The notes under the pieces: model-generated
Told to the model about the DNA's origin: nothing
The model's database searches: none
Seen by the model: only the letters and a program-made list of their open reading frames with translations
Position numbers and translations under genes: made by a program
Shown: piece by piece, positions 61,478-64,000 of the stretch
How positions within the stretch are numbered: position 1 is the stretch's first letter
Layout of the letters: each line of letters opens with the position of its first letter
NCBI GenBank assembly: GCA_003220435.1
Contig: QHSL01000089.1
Location: 2,106-66,105 of the forward strand
From: Candidatus Rokuibacteriota bacterium
GTDB taxonomy: Bacteria; Methylomirabilota; Methylomirabilia; Rokubacteriales; CSP1-6
Direction of reading: 5' to 3'
Length of the DNA stretch: 64,000 bases

Positions 61478-62217
61478 GGCTCCAGAACCGCGTCGCGCTG
61501 GTCACCGGCGCCGCCGCCGGGATCGGCTCCGCGACGGCGCGACGGCTGGCGCGCGAGGGCGCCGCCGTCGCCCTCAACGACCTCCGCGCCGACGGGCTCG
61601 AGGGCGTCGCGGCCGACGTGCGCGCGGCCGGCGCCAAGGCGCTCGTGCTCCCCGGCGACGTCACGAAGAAGGCCGACTGTGAACGGATGGTCGGCGAGGT
61701 CACGCGGGAGCTGGGCCGGCTCGACATCCTGATCAACAACGCCGGCATCAATCGCGACGCGATGGCCGCCAAGATGACCGAAGACCAGTGGGACGCCGTC
61801 CTGGCGGTGAACCTCAAGGGCACGTTCCTCTGCGCGCAGGCGGCGCTCCCCGGCATGCGCGAGCGCGGCTGGGGACGCGTCGTCAACACCTCGTCCATCG
61901 GCTCGCTCGGCAACATCGGGCAGGCGAACTACGCGGCGTCGAAGGCCGGCGTCATCGGCCTCACCAAGACCCTCGCGCTCGAATACGCCAAGTACGGGGT
62001 GACGGTCAACGCGGTGGCGCCCGGCCCGGTCATGACCGCGATGCTGGCCGGCGTGCCCGACCACATCAAGGAGCGGATCATCGCCCAGGTGCCGGTGGGT
62101 CGGATCGCGTCGCCGGACGAGATCGCCGGTGTGCACGCGTTCCTCGTCTCCGACGAGGCCGCGTTCATCACCGGGCAGGTCCTCTTCGTCGACGGCGGCA
62201 TGTCGGTGGGGATCTGA
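61474..62217 (+). CDS. short-chain dehydrogenase/reductase, 3-oxoacyl reductase (FabG-like)
   Basis: GTG start overlapping the MaoC TGA. TGAAAGIG, NNAG, YAASKAG catalytic motif. Confidence 0.85.
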   Translation: MRLQNRVALVTGAAAGIGSATARRLAREGAAVALNDLRADGLEGVAADVRAAGAKALVLPGDVTKKADCERMVGEVTRELGRLDILINNAGINRDAMAAKMTEDQWDAVLAVNLKGTFLCAQAALPGMRERGWGRVVNTSSIGSLGNIGQANYAASKAGVIGLTKTLALEYAKYGVTVNAVAPGPVMTAMLAGVPDHIKERIIAQVPVGRIASPDEIAGVHAFLVSDEAAFITGQVLFVDGGMSVGI

Positions 62218-62913
62218 ATGGCCGGCGTCGGCGAGCTGATCGCGGCGATCAAGCGGCGCGACGTCGGCGCCCTGAAGCTCCTGCTGGATCGCGAGCCCGC
62301 GTTGGCGGGAGCGCGCGCCGCGTCGGGTGAGACGCCGGCGATCGTGGCCATCTACTGGCGCTCCGCCGAGAGCCTCGAGCTGCTCCTGGCGCGCGGCGCC
62401 CAGCTCGACGTCTTCGAGGCGGCGGCGGCCGGGCGCCTGGAGCGAGTGCGCGAGCTCCTGGCCGCGCGCCCGGATCTGGTCGCCGCGCGCGCGCCGGATG
62501 GGTGGACGGCGCTGCACCTCGCCGCCCACTTCCGTCAGCTTCCGGTCGTCGACTTCCTGCTGCACCGCGGCGCCGACGTGAACGCGCGGTCGGAGAACAG
62601 TCACGCCAACACCGCGCTGCACGCGGCGGCGGCCGGTGGCGCCGCCCGCGCGCTCGTGCAGCGGCTGGTGGAGGCCAGTGTGCAGGTCGACGCGAAACAA
62701 GGGGGCGGCTACACCGGCCTGCACGAGGCGGCGTCGATCGGGCGCGCCGACCTCGTCGCCGTACTTCTGGAGGCCGGAGCATCCGTGGAGTCGCGCACCG
62801 ACGAGGGCCGGACGCCGGCCGAGCTCGCCCGCGCGAACGGCCACGAAGGCGTCGCGGCCATGCTGGCGTCGCGGCACCGCGACGCGGCGGCAGAAAGAGG
62901 AAGACCGTCATGA
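62218..62913 (+). CDS. ankyrin-repeat protein
   Basis: Repeats such as DGWTALHLAAHFRQLPVVDFLLHRGADVNA and GGYTGLHEAASIGRADLVAVLLEAGASV. The ATG directly follows the FabG-like TGA, and the stop overlaps the next ATG. Confidence 0.85.
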   Translation: MAGVGELIAAIKRRDVGALKLLLDREPALAGARAASGETPAIVAIYWRSAESLELLLARGAQLDVFEAAAAGRLERVRELLAARPDLVAARAPDGWTALHLAAHFRQLPVVDFLLHRGADVNARSENSHANTALHAAAAGGAARALVQRLVEASVQVDAKQGGGYTGLHEAASIGRADLVAVLLEAGASVESRTDEGRTPAELARANGHEGVAAMLASRHRDAAAERGRPS

Positions 62914-64000
62914 GGAAGGTCGCGCTGGTCGGGGCCGGAGTCTCGCGGTTCGGCGTGCGCAAGGCGAGCTATCGCGACCTCATCTGGGAGGCGGGCAAGG
63001 CGTGCTTCGACTCAGTACCGGCCGTGAAGCCGAAGGACGTCGAGGGGCTCGTGGTCGGCTCCGTCATGCCGGAGCGAACGGCGTTCCAGTCGCACATCTC
63101 GTCGCTCGCCGCCGAGGCGCTGGGGATCCGGCCAAGTGCCTTGAGCGCCCGCACCGAGCACATGTGCGCGTCGGGCACCGTCGGCATCCGCTACGCGTAC
63201 GCGTTCATCGCCGCCGGCCTCGCCGACCTCGTCATGGTCCTCGGCGTCGAGAAGCTGAACCAGCCGGCCGGTGAGGAAGCGATCCTCAATATGGGCACCG
63301 GGGTCGACCGCGAGTGGGAGGCGTCGTTCGGGCTCACCGCGCCGCCGTGCTTCGCGCTGGCCGCTCAGCGCCACATGGCCCAATACGGGACCACCGAGGA
63401 GCAGCTCGCGCGGATCGGCGTGAAGAATCACACGCACGCCTCGAAGAACCCCAACGCGCACTTCCAGAAGGGCGCGACGCTCGCCCAGGTCCTCGGCTCG
63501 CGGATGATCTCCTCGCCGCTGCGCCTCTTCATGTGCTCGCCGATCACCGACGGCGCCGCCGCCGTGCTGATCGCCTCCGAGGACCGCGCGCGCTTCATCA
63601 CCGACAAGCCCGTCTGGATCCGCGGCACGGCCCAGGCGCTGGACGGCTTTCAGCTCACGTCGCTGCACGAGGACTACGCCCACTGGCCGGCGCTCGCGCG
63701 CGCCGCGCAGTCGGCCTATCGCATGGCCGGCGTCACCGCCCGCGACGTGAACGTGGCCGAGGTTCACGACTGCTTCGCGATCGCCGAGCTGATCGCGTAC
63801 GAGGAGCTGGGGTTCTGTGGCAAGGGCGAAGGCGGGCCGTTCGCCGCGCAGGGCCGGAGCGACTACGGCGGCGACGTGGTGGTGAACCCGCGGGGTGGGC
63901 TGATCGGCTGCGGCCACCCGCTCGGGGCCACCGGTGTCGCCCAGGCCGCCGAGGTGTACGCCCAGCTTCGCGGCGAGGCCGGCGCGCGCCAGGCGCCGGG
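62910..64000 (+). CDS. thiolase-domain protein (SCP-x/archaeal-type thiolase-like), 3' end beyond window
   Basis: Open to the window edge, so absent from the track. Translation includes MRKVALVGAGVSRFG..., HMCASGT, SKNPNAHFQ, VHDCFAIAEL, GGLIGCGHPLGATG. Confidence 0.85.
   Translation, partial: MRKVALVGAGVSRFGVRKASYRDLIWEAGKACFDSVPAVKPKDVEGLVVGSVMPERTAFQSHISSLAAEALGIRPSALSARTEHMCASGTVGIRYAYAFIAAGLADLVMVLGVEKLNQPAGEEAILNMGTGVDREWEASFGLTAPPCFALAAQRHMAQYGTTEEQLARIGVKNHTHASKNPNAHFQKGATLAQVLGSRMISSPLRLFMCSPITDGAAAVLIASEDRARFITDKPVWIRGTAQALDGFQLTSLHEDYAHWPALARAAQSAYRMAGVTARDVNVAEVHDCFAIAELIAYEELGFCGKGEGGPFAAQGRSDYGGDVVVNPRGGLIGCGHPLGATGVAQAAEVYAQLRGEAGARQAP

Overview
Gene-dense 64-kb stretch of a high-G+C bacterial chromosome, roughly two-thirds G+C by eye. 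One patch at about 13.1-17.5 kb is clearly lower in G+C. I found no rRNA, tRNA, CRISPR array, transposase or integrase. Most genes are ordinary metabolism and housekeeping:
- thiolases, acyl-CoA dehydrogenases, enoyl-CoA hydratase, 3-hydroxybutyryl-CoA dehydrogenase, MaoC dehydratase and an SDR reductase
- hydantoinase/oxoprolinase A and B behind a GntR regulator
- apt, an LLM/F420-type oxidoreductase, a CoxL-like molybdoenzyme subunit, NUDIX and DinB proteins
- a TtuA/TtuB tRNA-thiolation pair and two ECF sigma factors

Three regions stand out.
1. 6959-17354, minus strand: a translationally coupled five-gene operon. It starts with a stand-alone ketosynthase whose catalytic triad reads Cys-His-Gln. 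Two tandem 7TM-GAF-PAS histidine kinases follow, then a kinase-like protein with His->Asp at the phospho-site and degenerate receiver and ATPase domains. Last is a REC-HK-REC hybrid whose C-terminal receiver has Asn at the acceptor position. No output regulator is encoded.
2. 19280-29133, plus strand: a same-strand block made of an SF1 (UvrD-like) helicase fused to a Cas4-like Fe-S nuclease, then hsdR, a pRiA4b-ORF3-like protein, hsdS, a Fic protein and hsdM. The HsdR appears to lack the E-x-K nuclease strand, and hsdM carries an in-frame TAG. The gene downstream of the block has no usable start codon.
3. 35566-36735, minus strand: an ECF sigma factor coupled to an Ogt-type methyltransferase that carries an Ada-type zinc domain at its C-terminus.

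Smaller items include micro-ORFs, a GntR-type palindromic operator, leaderless-type promoters, an adenylate/guanylate cyclase with a CxxCH periplasmic domain, and an ankyrin-repeat gene inside a beta-oxidation-like operon. All functional calls come from reading the translated ORFs and motifs by eye. No database search was run.
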